A program made the translations under genes and the position numbers. Below are positions 39,109 to 47,823 of a DNA stretch of 64,000 nucleotides, piece by piece (the first letter of the stretch is position 1; each line of letters starts with the position of its first letter). This stretch comes from a virus. Below the pieces are notes generated by a model. The model was not told the DNA's origin. It saw only the letters and a program-made list of their open reading frames with translations, and ran no database searches. The DNA lies in IMG/VR virus record IMGVR_UViG_3300037485_001282, positions 1 to 64,000 of that record, one strand, 5' to 3'.

Positions 39109-41048
39109 CTAATTAATTTTAGAAACTCATCTTCGCTTATTATTTTACTGCCAAGTTTCTGCGCTTTCTGGTTCTTAGATGATCCAGAATGCGGATCGTT
39201 AGTAACTAAGTAAGTTAACCCCTTGGTTACTGATGACTTACAATCCCCACCATACTTTAAGACATTATCCTGTGCTTGCTTTCTATTCATGGAATTTAGT
39301 TCCCCAGTAAAGCAAAAAGACATTCCTTGGAGTTTATTAGAGAACAGTGTTGGCTTCTCATAGTTTCTTATAGTTACTAAAGCAGCCAGTTCCAAAATAT
39401 ATTCTTTTTTGTTTCTAATAGATTCTTTAAGTTCCTTTATAGAGGTTTCAGCAAAGCCAGGAACGTGACCTAAGCCTCTATCGGAAGGAACCTCTATAAA
39501 ATCTATTACATGCTTTAGAGAGATACTATCTGTTTCTATTTGCATGTATTCTAGTAACTTAGTCCACATTCTGCAACCAAATCCATCTAAGTTAAGACCA
39601 CCAAGGAACTTATTTAAGTCAATATTTAAAGTTGATTTAATTTGTTCTTGGAGAGTTTCTAATTTAGAGTCACCCATACCTTCAATAGAAAGGATCTTTT
39701 TAGTTACTTCTTTACTCGGCTCTGCTAATTTAATAAACTCTGGAAGACTAGTTGCTATTTTATTTTCGAAAAGTAAATCAATAGTTTTTTCAGCTACACC
39801 TTTAGTCTCATTAACTTCAAGCCACTTAATAATATTCTTTTTATTTTTCTCTGGGCACTCAGGATTATTACATACCAGCCAAGCCATTTCATCATCGTTA
39901 ATATTAGTTGCGTAGGAGACGTTTCCACCACAAATAGGGCAAGAGGACGAAGCAACTACTTTAGCGCCACCATGAGCCTCTAAGACCCTTTCTACTTGGG
40001 GAATTACATCGTTTCTTCTGGTGATTTCAACAGTATCTCCAATACATAAGTTCAATGAGTCAATATAAGAAACGTTATGGAGACTTGCTTTACTGATAGT
40101 TACCCCAGCGACTTCGGTAGGTGATAGAATAGCGACTGGATTGATTCGCTCACCAGATACTTGCCAAATAACATCAAGTAGCTTTGCTTTTCCTCTTTGA
40201 TTGGGGAACTTCCAAGCTACTTGAAATGCTGGATATGCCCAAGTGTCTTTCTTTTTAGTGAGCGGCTTAATAACTAAACCATCAATGTCATAATCGAGTT
40301 TCTCTCGTTTATCATTATGGTAACTCTCGTAAATAGAATAAACTTCAGAGGAACTTCTAGTAACTTGATAAGGAACTACATCGAATCCTAGTTCCTTTAA
40401 TTTTAATAAGTCATTTAATTCACTCTGGTCGGAACTATTAAGGATCGAATAGACAATCACATTTAAAAAGTGACATTTAGATCCTGAAAGTTCCTTGGCT
40501 GATCCAGTAGCCATGTTTCTACAGTTTCTGCCTTTAAGTTCTTCTGGAAGACTATTAAAGACTGATTTTTTAAGAACTATTTCGCCTCTAATTACTAATA
40601 GAGAATCATGTTTAATAAACTGAGGAACTCCTTTCATCTTCTGAACGTTCCTAGTAATGTTTTCACCAACTTCACCAGTTCCTCTAGTTACTGCGGATAC
40701 TAAAGTTCCTTTAAGGTACGTTAAGGCGATAGACATACCATCTAGTTTCTCTTCAACTACTTTATGCTCCTTATTATCCCATCTTTCGTATTCGGGATAG
40801 GTATTGACTTTATTTAAAGAACCTAGAGGAAAATCATGCTTCTGTTTTTCCCAATTAGAATCTTCAAGGGTCTCAGAAAGCGCCTCTGAAGCTACTTTTT
40901 TAAGATAGTCGTTATCTGGATCTAATTTTCTTAGAAGATCCTTTAGACGATCATATTCAGAGTCACTAATTTTTGAGCTTCCGTCACCATAATAGGCTGC
41001 GTCAGCTACACTTAGCTTCTCCAGTAAATTTTGAATAATTTGCGACAT
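39105..41048 (-). CDS. ligA: NAD-dependent DNA ligase
   Basis: YY..ISDSEYD domain Ia, EEKLDG motif I, TRGTGEVGENIT, RGEI, DIDGLVIK, AWKFP, SLHN, Cys4 zinc finger, C-terminal BRCT (FCFTGEL, SVTKGLTYLV). Confidence 0.97.
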   Translation of the reverse strand: MSQIIQNLLEKLSVADAAYYGDGSSKISDSEYDRLKDLLRKLDPDNDYLKKVASEALSETLEDSNWEKQKHDFPLGSLNKVNTYPEYERWDNKEHKVVEEKLDGMSIALTYLKGTLVSAVTRGTGEVGENITRNVQKMKGVPQFIKHDSLLVIRGEIVLKKSVFNSLPEELKGRNCRNMATGSAKELSGSKCHFLNVIVYSILNSSDQSELNDLLKLKELGFDVVPYQVTRSSSEVYSIYESYHNDKREKLDYDIDGLVIKPLTKKKDTWAYPAFQVAWKFPNQRGKAKLLDVIWQVSGERINPVAILSPTEVAGVTISKASLHNVSYIDSLNLCIGDTVEITRRNDVIPQVERVLEAHGGAKVVASSSCPICGGNVSYATNINDDEMAWLVCNNPECPEKNKKNIIKWLEVNETKGVAEKTIDLLFENKIATSLPEFIKLAEPSKEVTKKILSIEGMGDSKLETLQEQIKSTLNIDLNKFLGGLNLDGFGCRMWTKLLEYMQIETDSISLKHVIDFIEVPSDRGLGHVPGFAETSIKELKESIRNKKEYILELAALVTIRNYEKPTLFSNKLQGMSFCFTGELNSMNRKQAQDNVLKYGGDCKSSVTKGLTYLVTNDPHSGSSKNQKAQKLGSKIISEDEFLKLIS

Positions 41049-41073
41049 AAGTTTCCCTTCGTTGCTGATAGGA

Positions 41074-41100
41074 ATTATATCGTAATATTTTTAAAGTCAA
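41074..41100 (-). promoter_or_regulatory. sigma70-like promoter TTGACT-N15-TATAAT
   Basis: TTGACTTTAAAAATATTACGATATAATTCCTAT upstream of the ligase. Confidence 0.7.
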
Positions 41101-41101
41101 T

Positions 41102-41347
41102 TTATTTGATTATGTAGATATTAATTTTCTTGCTAATTAAATCTAATAAATCTTCATTAAACTCATTTGCCTTGAAAATAACGGTATCGTCTTCGAAATC
41201 TACTTCAATACCAAAATCAGATGATGCTTCGATGAAATCCAGAAACATAATATCTGAAACTTTCTTAACTATACTTTGGGAGTCTCTATTAACGGAACAT
41301 ACTCCAATGGTAACATCTCCGTCAGTAGTGGTAAAATATTCAATCAT
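41102..41347 (-). CDS. Hypothetical protein
   Basis: 81-aa ORF, GAGGGG RBS, ATGA overlap. Confidence 0.6.
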   Translation of the reverse strand: MIEYFTTTDGDVTIGVCSVNRDSQSIVKKVSDIMFLDFIEASSDFGIEVDFEDDTVIFKANEFNEDLLDLISKKINIYIIK

Positions 41348-41589
41348 TTGGCCCCCTCATAATAAAGTATATCTTGCATAATGTTTTTAACGTCTGTAGT
41401 TATAATTGTTTTCATTGATTCACCATAGCCATATTCAATAATGAAATATTTATACTTTCTACTGAACCATCCGTTAAATGGGACAGTTGTGTTATCCAAG
41501 AACTCTAAAACTGGATGGAGATTCTTTATAAATCCCTTTTTAAGTTTTATGAAAATCTCTTCGTCTAAATTAGCTACTTCGACGTACAT
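41344..41589 (-). CDS. Hypothetical protein
   Basis: 81-aa ORF. Confidence 0.6.
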   Translation of the reverse strand: MYVEVANLDEEIFIKLKKGFIKNLHPVLEFLDNTTVPFNGWFSRKYKYFIIEYGYGESMKTIITTDVKNIMQDILYYEGAK

Positions 41590-41590
41590 T

Positions 41591-41854
41591 TTATGTTTCC
41601 TTTAATGAATTTATTATAGCATCTATTTTATTTTGTTCTTCTAAAATTCGAACATCATCATCAAGAACGAACCAACCTCTCCAAAAACCATCTGGGGAAA
41701 CACAGAAAATACCTTGCTTCCCATTTGGTGAAATCGAAAGAGCGTTACCCATATTATCATATTCGACTAAAGATAAATTATTTTGATAATAAGAAATTAT
41801 TTTTTTTGCTCTGTCATTGAGACCTATTAAGCTAATCCTATGAAAATTATTCAT
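41591..41854 (-). CDS. Hypothetical protein
   Basis: 87-aa ORF. Confidence 0.6.
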   Translation of the reverse strand: MNNFHRISLIGLNDRAKKIISYYQNNLSLVEYDNMGNALSISPNGKQGIFCVSPDGFWRGWFVLDDDVRILEEQNKIDAIINSLKET

Positions 41855-42621
41855 CAGAAGATGTAACCTGGATTTTTAATTAAAATTTCTTTTCTCGCTT
41901 CGTTTCTTTCATGATTTAGATGATATAAAGGTTTAATCAACCCAGCGTATGTTGGATCAACCCCCATTTGTTTTCGAAATCCAATTTCCGATTTTGTTAC
42001 AAAATGGTCAATTGAATTTACTGGAGTGTCTCTATAACCACCATATTCATAAAAGTTATTTTCTTTTAGCTTTTCTACATTGAAAATCTGAAATCCGCCA
42101 GTTCCTCTAGCTCCAGAAATAATTTTAGTATTAATACTTAATATTTTTTCGTGCCAGTTTTTTATTGGGGAATCTTCGTATATTTCATTATTAACTAACA
42201 TATTTCCATCACTAATTTCCATAGTTCGTCTAATAGCAGCGATGCATTTATTATTTCCTTTTTCTTTCCACTCACATAACAATGGAGTTAAGCTTGAAAA
42301 AAAATCAGGATGAAAAACCTCATCTGAGTCAACAAATAATATAAAATCACAAGAAGCGTTTTTAATATCGTTTGTTCTTGTAAATCCTCTCCTAAAAAAA
42401 GAATCGGAACACCATTCTCTATCATTTATCTTAATTTTATCTTTAAATGTAGATAAGAGTTTTTTTGTTAAATCTATTCCTGGGTCGCTTTTATGATAAT
42501 TCAACGTATAAACAATTGAAGGTAAATTGGTTTTAGTTTGGTCCGCTAAACTGCTTAGTTGCCACCAAGCTCTTCTCTGGTATCTATATTGAAAATTAGC
42601 GATTTCTATAGAAATAGTCAT
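41854..42621 (-). CDS. GT-A fold glycosyltransferase (GT2-like)
   Basis: DFILFVDSDEVFHP DxD motif, GGFQIF, LYHLNH. Confidence 0.75.
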   Translation of the reverse strand: MTISIEIANFQYRYQRRAWWQLSSLADQTKTNLPSIVYTLNYHKSDPGIDLTKKLLSTFKDKIKINDREWCSDSFFRRGFTRTNDIKNASCDFILFVDSDEVFHPDFFSSLTPLLCEWKEKGNNKCIAAIRRTMEISDGNMLVNNEIYEDSPIKNWHEKILSINTKIISGARGTGGFQIFNVEKLKENNFYEYGGYRDTPVNSIDHFVTKSEIGFRKQMGVDPTYAGLIKPLYHLNHERNEARKEILIKNPGYIF

Positions 42622-43334
42622 GCGTTTTCCTTTAGTATGTAATCTTTGAAATCTGTATATACTGGATTTAAAAAGTATTCTAGATTACAATCAATTGAAA
42701 TTCCACTATTTAATCTTAGTAATCTCCATTGAATCTGATCGTCACATATGTTATTTTCTTTATATTGATCTATTAAAATAGTCATTAAGTTTTTAATCTT
42801 TTCTTTTTTCCCAAAAAAGCACCCAGCATTTAAGTGAAAGAAATCTTTGTCTGGTAAAATCTGTTTTTCTTTATCGATAATATATTCCATATTCAGTTTT
42901 TTGAGTTTTTTAAGTTGATTTCCTTTTTCGGATTGAAAAATAATATCATCTTTGATATTTAAAAGTCTAGTTAAATCACCTTGGAGAAATACGTCATAAG
43001 AATCTACACATAATACAAACTCTTCGGCAATTTTATCGTAATTTTCAATAAAACCATGTATTTTTTCCATCCAGTTAAATTCAACGTTTGTTCTGGCGCA
43101 ATTATAATATTTAACTCTATTGTTTATACAAATTTGTTCCAAGACACCGCGTTTTCTTCTCCTTAAATCATTATTATAAGTTACTATTGCTATATTCTTA
43201 GGAACAGTAATTTTAAAGTCATTTAGTCTTTTTTCACAGAAATCCCATAGTCTCCAGTCCCATGATTTGGGTCCACCCGAAAAATGTATCGCTAATGGTT
43301 CCTTTATGGAATCTTTATGATTATATTTTAACAT
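42618..43334 (-). CDS. PLOD/procollagen glycosyltransferase-like GT-A protein
   Basis: FVLCVDSYDVF, IIFQSEK, FHLNAGCFFG, DDQ, IDCNLEYF. Confidence 0.7.
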   Translation of the reverse strand: MLKYNHKDSIKEPLAIHFSGGPKSWDWRLWDFCEKRLNDFKITVPKNIAIVTYNNDLRRRKRGVLEQICINNRVKYYNCARTNVEFNWMEKIHGFIENYDKIAEEFVLCVDSYDVFLQGDLTRLLNIKDDIIFQSEKGNQLKKLKKLNMEYIIDKEKQILPDKDFFHLNAGCFFGKKEKIKNLMTILIDQYKENNICDDQIQWRLLRLNSGISIDCNLEYFLNPVYTDFKDYILKENA

Positions 43335-43336
43335 AA

Positions 43337-44053
43337 TTACACTCTTTCTATTCGTTCCTTAAGATACTTCAATTTACTCTTAACATCCTTCTTAGCACAA
43401 TGATGAATCAATATAGTATCTTTGCCTTCTTCTTTTTGATACTTAGGATAATAAATATACTTAGAATCATAAAGACCAATATCATCTATTCCCAAGTAAA
43501 TCATACTATTCAACGCACTCTGATCATTAAGTGAAAGCAGATCTCTATCTTTTTTTCTGGTATTGTAAAATGTCTTCCAGTTATCTAGAAAATCATAGTT
43601 ACTTTCATTAAACGAAAATACGCCAGAGCAAAATGGCTTTACCCTTTCTGGAATAGTCTCTTCGTAGTTATATAAAGAACCACCATACCATTTATAGTTT
43701 CTTTTATTTAATTCAATTGGAGTTAAGAAAATTAAAGGGTCTTCAGCAACTTCTAGTTCCTTAAATAACCTGTCTATCGACCTAACAGCAATAACATCAG
43801 TATCTAAATATAAGTACCTATCGTAACCAGAAGCAAATTCAAGGATCTTCGCTCTATACATACAAAGATCATATAAGTTGCTAGATGGTTCCTTAAAGAC
43901 AATAGTCTTAGCTCCTTCAAATTTATAATCAATGTCACTCAGAACAACAATGTCCCCACTATAACCAGTCTTCTTTAAACTGGATATAGTGAGGTCAGCA
44001 AATTCCTTGTAAATCTTATTACCAAATACAACTAGGTAAACTAAGGTGCTCAT
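43337..44053 (-). CDS. GT8-like / nucleotide-diphospho-sugar transferase
   Basis: YDRYLYLDTDV, FCSGVF, NDQSALN, LIHH. Confidence 0.75.
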   Translation of the reverse strand: MSTLVYLVVFGNKIYKEFADLTISSLKKTGYSGDIVVLSDIDYKFEGAKTIVFKEPSSNLYDLCMYRAKILEFASGYDRYLYLDTDVIAVRSIDRLFKELEVAEDPLIFLTPIELNKRNYKWYGGSLYNYEETIPERVKPFCSGVFSFNESNYDFLDNWKTFYNTRKKDRDLLSLNDQSALNSMIYLGIDDIGLYDSKYIYYPKYQKEEGKDTILIHHCAKKDVKSKLKYLKERIERV

Positions 44054-44292
44054 TTTGCATCTTGGGTAATCGTAATCACCTCAACATTAGGAGCACTAAG
44101 CATCTCCTTCTGCTTAGATGCTTCTAGCTCCTTCTTTTGCTTCTCCTGCTCTGCCATTTGAGCAACAAAAGCCTCTACAGTTCCTATTGACTGATAAGCT
44201 AACTGACCCTCCTGAGAAGGTAAATTGTCGGCAATAGCAGCAAGTCCCTTACGGGCTAAAAAGATTAAATTTTGAAGATCCTGAAGTGTCAT
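44050..44292 (-). CDS. Hypothetical protein
   Basis: 80-aa ORF with AAGGAACT RBS. Confidence 0.65.
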   Translation of the reverse strand: MTLQDLQNLIFLARKGLAAIADNLPSQEGQLAYQSIGTVEAFVAQMAEQEKQKKELEASKQKEMLSAPNVEVITITQDAK

Positions 44293-44330
44293 TTATAGTT
44301 CCTTTAAAGATAATTATAGCAACTTCTAGT

Positions 44331-46535
44331 TTATTTTATCTCACATCCACCACCAGAGCAACTAGCAGCAGCCAAAGTGTTCATATCAAATTTAAAATCT
44401 TCTTCCATAAACAAAGACCAGTCAACGTCTTGATATTCTCGCTTAAGATCTAACCATAGTTTCCAAAGAGAAACGTGCTTAAGTAAATGTGAGCATTTTC
44501 GCAAATCACCATCAACGTATCTAGCTGCAAATTGCTTAAACCGTCTAACCCAATCTTTTTTCTTTTCTTCTTTATTGAAATTTTCTACATCATCATAATA
44601 CTGTTTAAGATCCCCAGCATATTTTATTAATTTGCTTGCGTGTTGTTTGTCTGTGAATCCATTTTTGGCGGGTCTAATCGGTTCTTCTGGTTTATTTAAA
44701 TTTATAATCTGTTGCCCAATATCTAATGCACAGTCGCACGCTGCCCATAAGTTATCACTAAAAGCATCCAATCCATCAACTATAAGACCAGACGCAAAAA
44801 GAGATCCTTCTCCGTATTCAGCGATTAGTTCCTTTTCATTTAAAATATTAGAAAAAGGAGCTTGTGGATAATCTAAATCACCAGAGAACGGCAATAGTGA
44901 AATTCCACCGAACCATTTTTTATTATGATAAATAAACTTTTCAACTTCGTCCCATTCTTCATTTTTTACCGAAATGGTGTTGGATACATTATGACGCAAC
45001 CAAGGTTGAACGCTTCTTGTTGTTGTTCCGTATTCAACCCAGTTTTGTTGAGTTAACATAACTTTTTCTAATAACTCAATCGCGCCAACTTGATTCTTTA
45101 CAATCGCGCCATCTGGCACTTCACACAAGAAACTTATAACTTTATCGTTTCCCGATTTACTCCAAACAGATTTTTCAACCGCTTTAGGATTATGTACCTC
45201 AAAATATTGAAGAGGGGATTCCATAATATTCGCTTGAACGCGCCGCAAATATCTCCTTGAGAAAGAAGGGTGAATTCCATTGGAAACACCTAGGAGACAA
45301 GAAGATGTGCCCTCTGGCTTTATTGCATTTACTCTTGCTGCCGCATTTATTCCCAATAATTTTGCGATCCTTTCGTTGGTTTCTATTATAGTTTTGGCCC
45401 CATTCTGCTGGAAGATTGGATTAAGTGCTATAGTTGGGTTATCCATTATCCCAGTCATAGAACACCCGAGTAACGCCTCTCGTTTATTAATATCTTCAGT
45501 TACTTTTCCAAGATATGGAAATTTATTGTATGACGCTTGTATTGTTCCAACAATAGCCGATGCTTTACACGCAGAGTAAAAATCCTCCTCTGTTTTACAT
45601 TTCTTAACGTTAATGGTAGTTAAATTACAGAATTCCCATCCAGAATTTCCTTCTTCGTCGTAGCCATAAAGGCCAATTTCGCAGCAGTTATGTAGAATTA
45701 GGCCACTGGAGTCAAACGCATGAGCGCCATTTATGGTGCAGTCATAAACGTCTTTTTTTCCAACATATTCAATATTTTCTACTATTGCTGTTTTACTTGT
45801 GCGAAACACTGAATATTCTTCATAATGGGGGTCGTTTTCGGTTTCTTTCTTATACTCGAAATAAGCGTCTGACTTATAAAAAGAATGATCGTGTACCATT
45901 AAAAATTCACCGATAGTAATATGTTTTTGCTCTACCCATTCTGGCTTATTGTTTCGCAAAACAAGTAACTTATGGTTTGATGTTGTTTCGACCGATTTAC
46001 CACATGTGGTTGTGATCTTATACACATCTTTATTTCCAGTATAGAAGAATCCGCTCTCAGTTGATTTAAATTCTTCACCATTAACCAACGCAATGAATTG
46101 GTTTCCGATCAAATCATTAACAGTTTTTATACCAGATGCCGTTAAAATTTCGGTTTCGCCTGGAACACATGGGTTAAACAAGGCTCTGTCGTTATCGGTC
46201 CAAATAAATCCTGGTTCACCAAAATCTTTAGTCGATTTAAATAATTTAGAAAAATCATCTTTAGAAATCTCGCTTCTAACTAGTAACGCGGAGTTATTAG
46301 ATCTTCCTCGTTGGGGGTTTTTTATAAACCAATCTGCCGTTTTCGCTTTAGCCATTTCTTCATCATCTGGTGAAAATAAACATATTACTGCTGAATTATG
46401 TGAAATAGAAGTAAACCCATTAAGTTCATTTTTTGCATTAAAACAATGAACCTCATTTACTTCTATATCATATGTGTTTTCTTCCCCATAACTGGAAACA
46501 CATGTTACTCTTGAAAGTTTAAAGTTACTCTTCAT
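44331..46535 (-). CDS. nrdJ: Ribonucleotide reductase C-terminal part (RTPR/NrdJ-like), carrying the split-intein C-fragment and a mini-intein
   Basis: SAVICLF, QRGRSNNS, GEPGF, NP|CCEI, FCNLTTIN, LLGCSMTG, IKPEGTSS, HNVSNT, GISLLP, YPQAPF, C-terminal CSGGGCEI. No YY radical-transfer pair is seen, favouring class II, but class is not certain. Confidence 0.9.
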   Translation of the reverse strand: MKSNFKLSRVTCVSSYGEENTYDIEVNEVHCFNAKNELNGFTSISHNSAVICLFSPDDEEMAKAKTADWFIKNPQRGRSNNSALLVRSEISKDDFSKLFKSTKDFGEPGFIWTDNDRALFNPCVPGETEILTASGIKTVNDLIGNQFIALVNGEEFKSTESGFFYTGNKDVYKITTTCGKSVETTSNHKLLVLRNNKPEWVEQKHITIGEFLMVHDHSFYKSDAYFEYKKETENDPHYEEYSVFRTSKTAIVENIEYVGKKDVYDCTINGAHAFDSSGLILHNCCEIGLYGYDEEGNSGWEFCNLTTINVKKCKTEEDFYSACKASAIVGTIQASYNKFPYLGKVTEDINKREALLGCSMTGIMDNPTIALNPIFQQNGAKTIIETNERIAKLLGINAAARVNAIKPEGTSSCLLGVSNGIHPSFSRRYLRRVQANIMESPLQYFEVHNPKAVEKSVWSKSGNDKVISFLCEVPDGAIVKNQVGAIELLEKVMLTQQNWVEYGTTTRSVQPWLRHNVSNTISVKNEEWDEVEKFIYHNKKWFGGISLLPFSGDLDYPQAPFSNILNEKELIAEYGEGSLFASGLIVDGLDAFSDNLWAACDCALDIGQQIINLNKPEEPIRPAKNGFTDKQHASKLIKYAGDLKQYYDDVENFNKEEKKKDWVRRFKQFAARYVDGDLRKCSHLLKHVSLWKLWLDLKREYQDVDWSLFMEEDFKFDMNTLAAASCSGGGCEIK
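45687..46169 (-). mobile_element. Contiguous mini-intein (161 aa) at the catalytic NP|CxEI site
   Basis: Starts CVPGETEILT, block B ETTSNHKLL, block F VYDCTI, ends ILHN followed by Cys+1; no endonuclease domain. Confidence 0.93.
46395..46535 (-). mobile_element. Split intein C-fragment (IntC, 47 aa)
   Basis: MKSNFKLSRV...TYDIEVNEVHCFNA...SISHN then Ser+1 (SAVIC); own AAGGAG RBS at 46545-46550. Confidence 0.92.
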
Positions 46536-47766
46536 TTATTTTATCTCCTTTGATAAATTTAATCGCATTGAATAGCGTTAGTGTTGGATATTTAATAAAG
46601 TCATTTTCCCATATAGTTAATATTTCATAGCCAGATTTAATTGCGAGAAGATATTTTAAATGATCTTTTTTCCAAATATCCTCGGCTCTTACATCATTAT
46701 ACCTCATTCTTATAATTGAATCTGGTCCGTGTTTAATTGGATTGGCATGCCAGTAGTCCCCATTAAACTCTATTAATTTGTCTTCGTAGTTGAAATCATA
46801 AGATAAAGTAATGTCTCTACTCGCTGAGTTCTTCTGGATAAGATCAATTTCATTTTCGCCATATTTACATTTTTCTACATCCAATCCACCCGTTGTTATT
46901 AATTTTTCGAAGAAATCGGTTGATATTTTGGATACGTTTTTCCCAAAGGATCTAGAATTTCTAGTTTGATTCCGTTTCATTTCTTCATATAGCAGCTTAC
47001 CTTCGATTTCCCCATATTTATTAGTAAAATAATCCAAGTTCATTTTACCAGAAGCCGAACCAAAAAACCAAGAATTTCCATATTTTTTATTATTTGTTTC
47101 TTTTGTTTTTTCGGTGGGACAGACGCCAGTTAAATTTTCTAATCCGTATTTTTCTATTCTGGTTTTTGTTGCTTTTTCTAGAAACTCTGGGCACTGCATA
47201 GTATGTTCATGTCCATATTTTTCTTTTAACGTTGCTCTACTTTTTTTCTTAATATCTTCGTTTTGAAATACATTCTCGAATCCATATTTTTCAATAAATT
47301 TTTTCTTTATTTTTTCTTTAACATATTCTTGTTGGGCTGGGTTAATGTAACCATATTTTTCTAATAACTTCTCTTTTTGTCTTTTAACGATTTCTGGGTG
47401 TTTCCTGCACTCATGGCTACATGCGTATATTCTATCAGGATGGTTTTTAAGGTAACATGGTTTAATGTGAACAAAATTATTGCAATCTGGATTCGCGCAT
47501 TTTCTATCTTCGCCTGGGAATTTTTTTGCGTTTTTTTCTTTTATTTTTAATTTGGATACGGGATTTTGTGATGGATATTCATAGCCATGTTTTTTAATAA
47601 AATTTTCTTTTTTTATCTTCAATACTAGTGGATTTTCCGCACATTCTTTGCAACAAGTATGCACTTTATCTGGGTGAGATAATATCTCCCACTTTCTCAC
47701 GTAAACCATATTTCCACACTCTGGGTTTCCGCATTTCTTGTATTCTCCTGTTCGATGTCCTGCCAT
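46525..47766 (-). CDS. Free-standing homing endonuclease with Vsr-like/DUF559 nuclease domain and DNA-binding repeats
   Basis: Two CxNPxC...CxxEC zinc modules, multiple EKYG repeats, C-terminal YDF..KLIEFNGDYWHANP...D..K..GYEILTIWEND. Confidence 0.85.
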   Translation of the reverse strand: MAGHRTGEYKKCGNPECGNMVYVRKWEILSHPDKVHTCCKECAENPLVLKIKKENFIKKHGYEYPSQNPVSKLKIKEKNAKKFPGEDRKCANPDCNNFVHIKPCYLKNHPDRIYACSHECRKHPEIVKRQKEKLLEKYGYINPAQQEYVKEKIKKKFIEKYGFENVFQNEDIKKKSRATLKEKYGHEHTMQCPEFLEKATKTRIEKYGLENLTGVCPTEKTKETNNKKYGNSWFFGSASGKMNLDYFTNKYGEIEGKLLYEEMKRNQTRNSRSFGKNVSKISTDFFEKLITTGGLDVEKCKYGENEIDLIQKNSASRDITLSYDFNYEDKLIEFNGDYWHANPIKHGPDSIIRMRYNDVRAEDIWKKDHLKYLLAIKSGYEILTIWENDFIKYPTLTLFNAIKFIKGDKINEE

Positions 47767-47770
47767 GTTT

Positions 47771-47800
47771 TGTCTCCTAATATGTATTTATAGGAGGACA
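47771..47800 (-). promoter_or_regulatory. RBS-sequestering hairpin containing late promoter TATAAATA (47785-47792)
   Basis: mRNA sense TGTCCTCCTA-TAAATACATAT-TAGGAGACA-AAAC-ATG. Confidence 0.8.
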
Positions 47801-47823
47801 TCGTTCCACCAGTGGATACAAGG

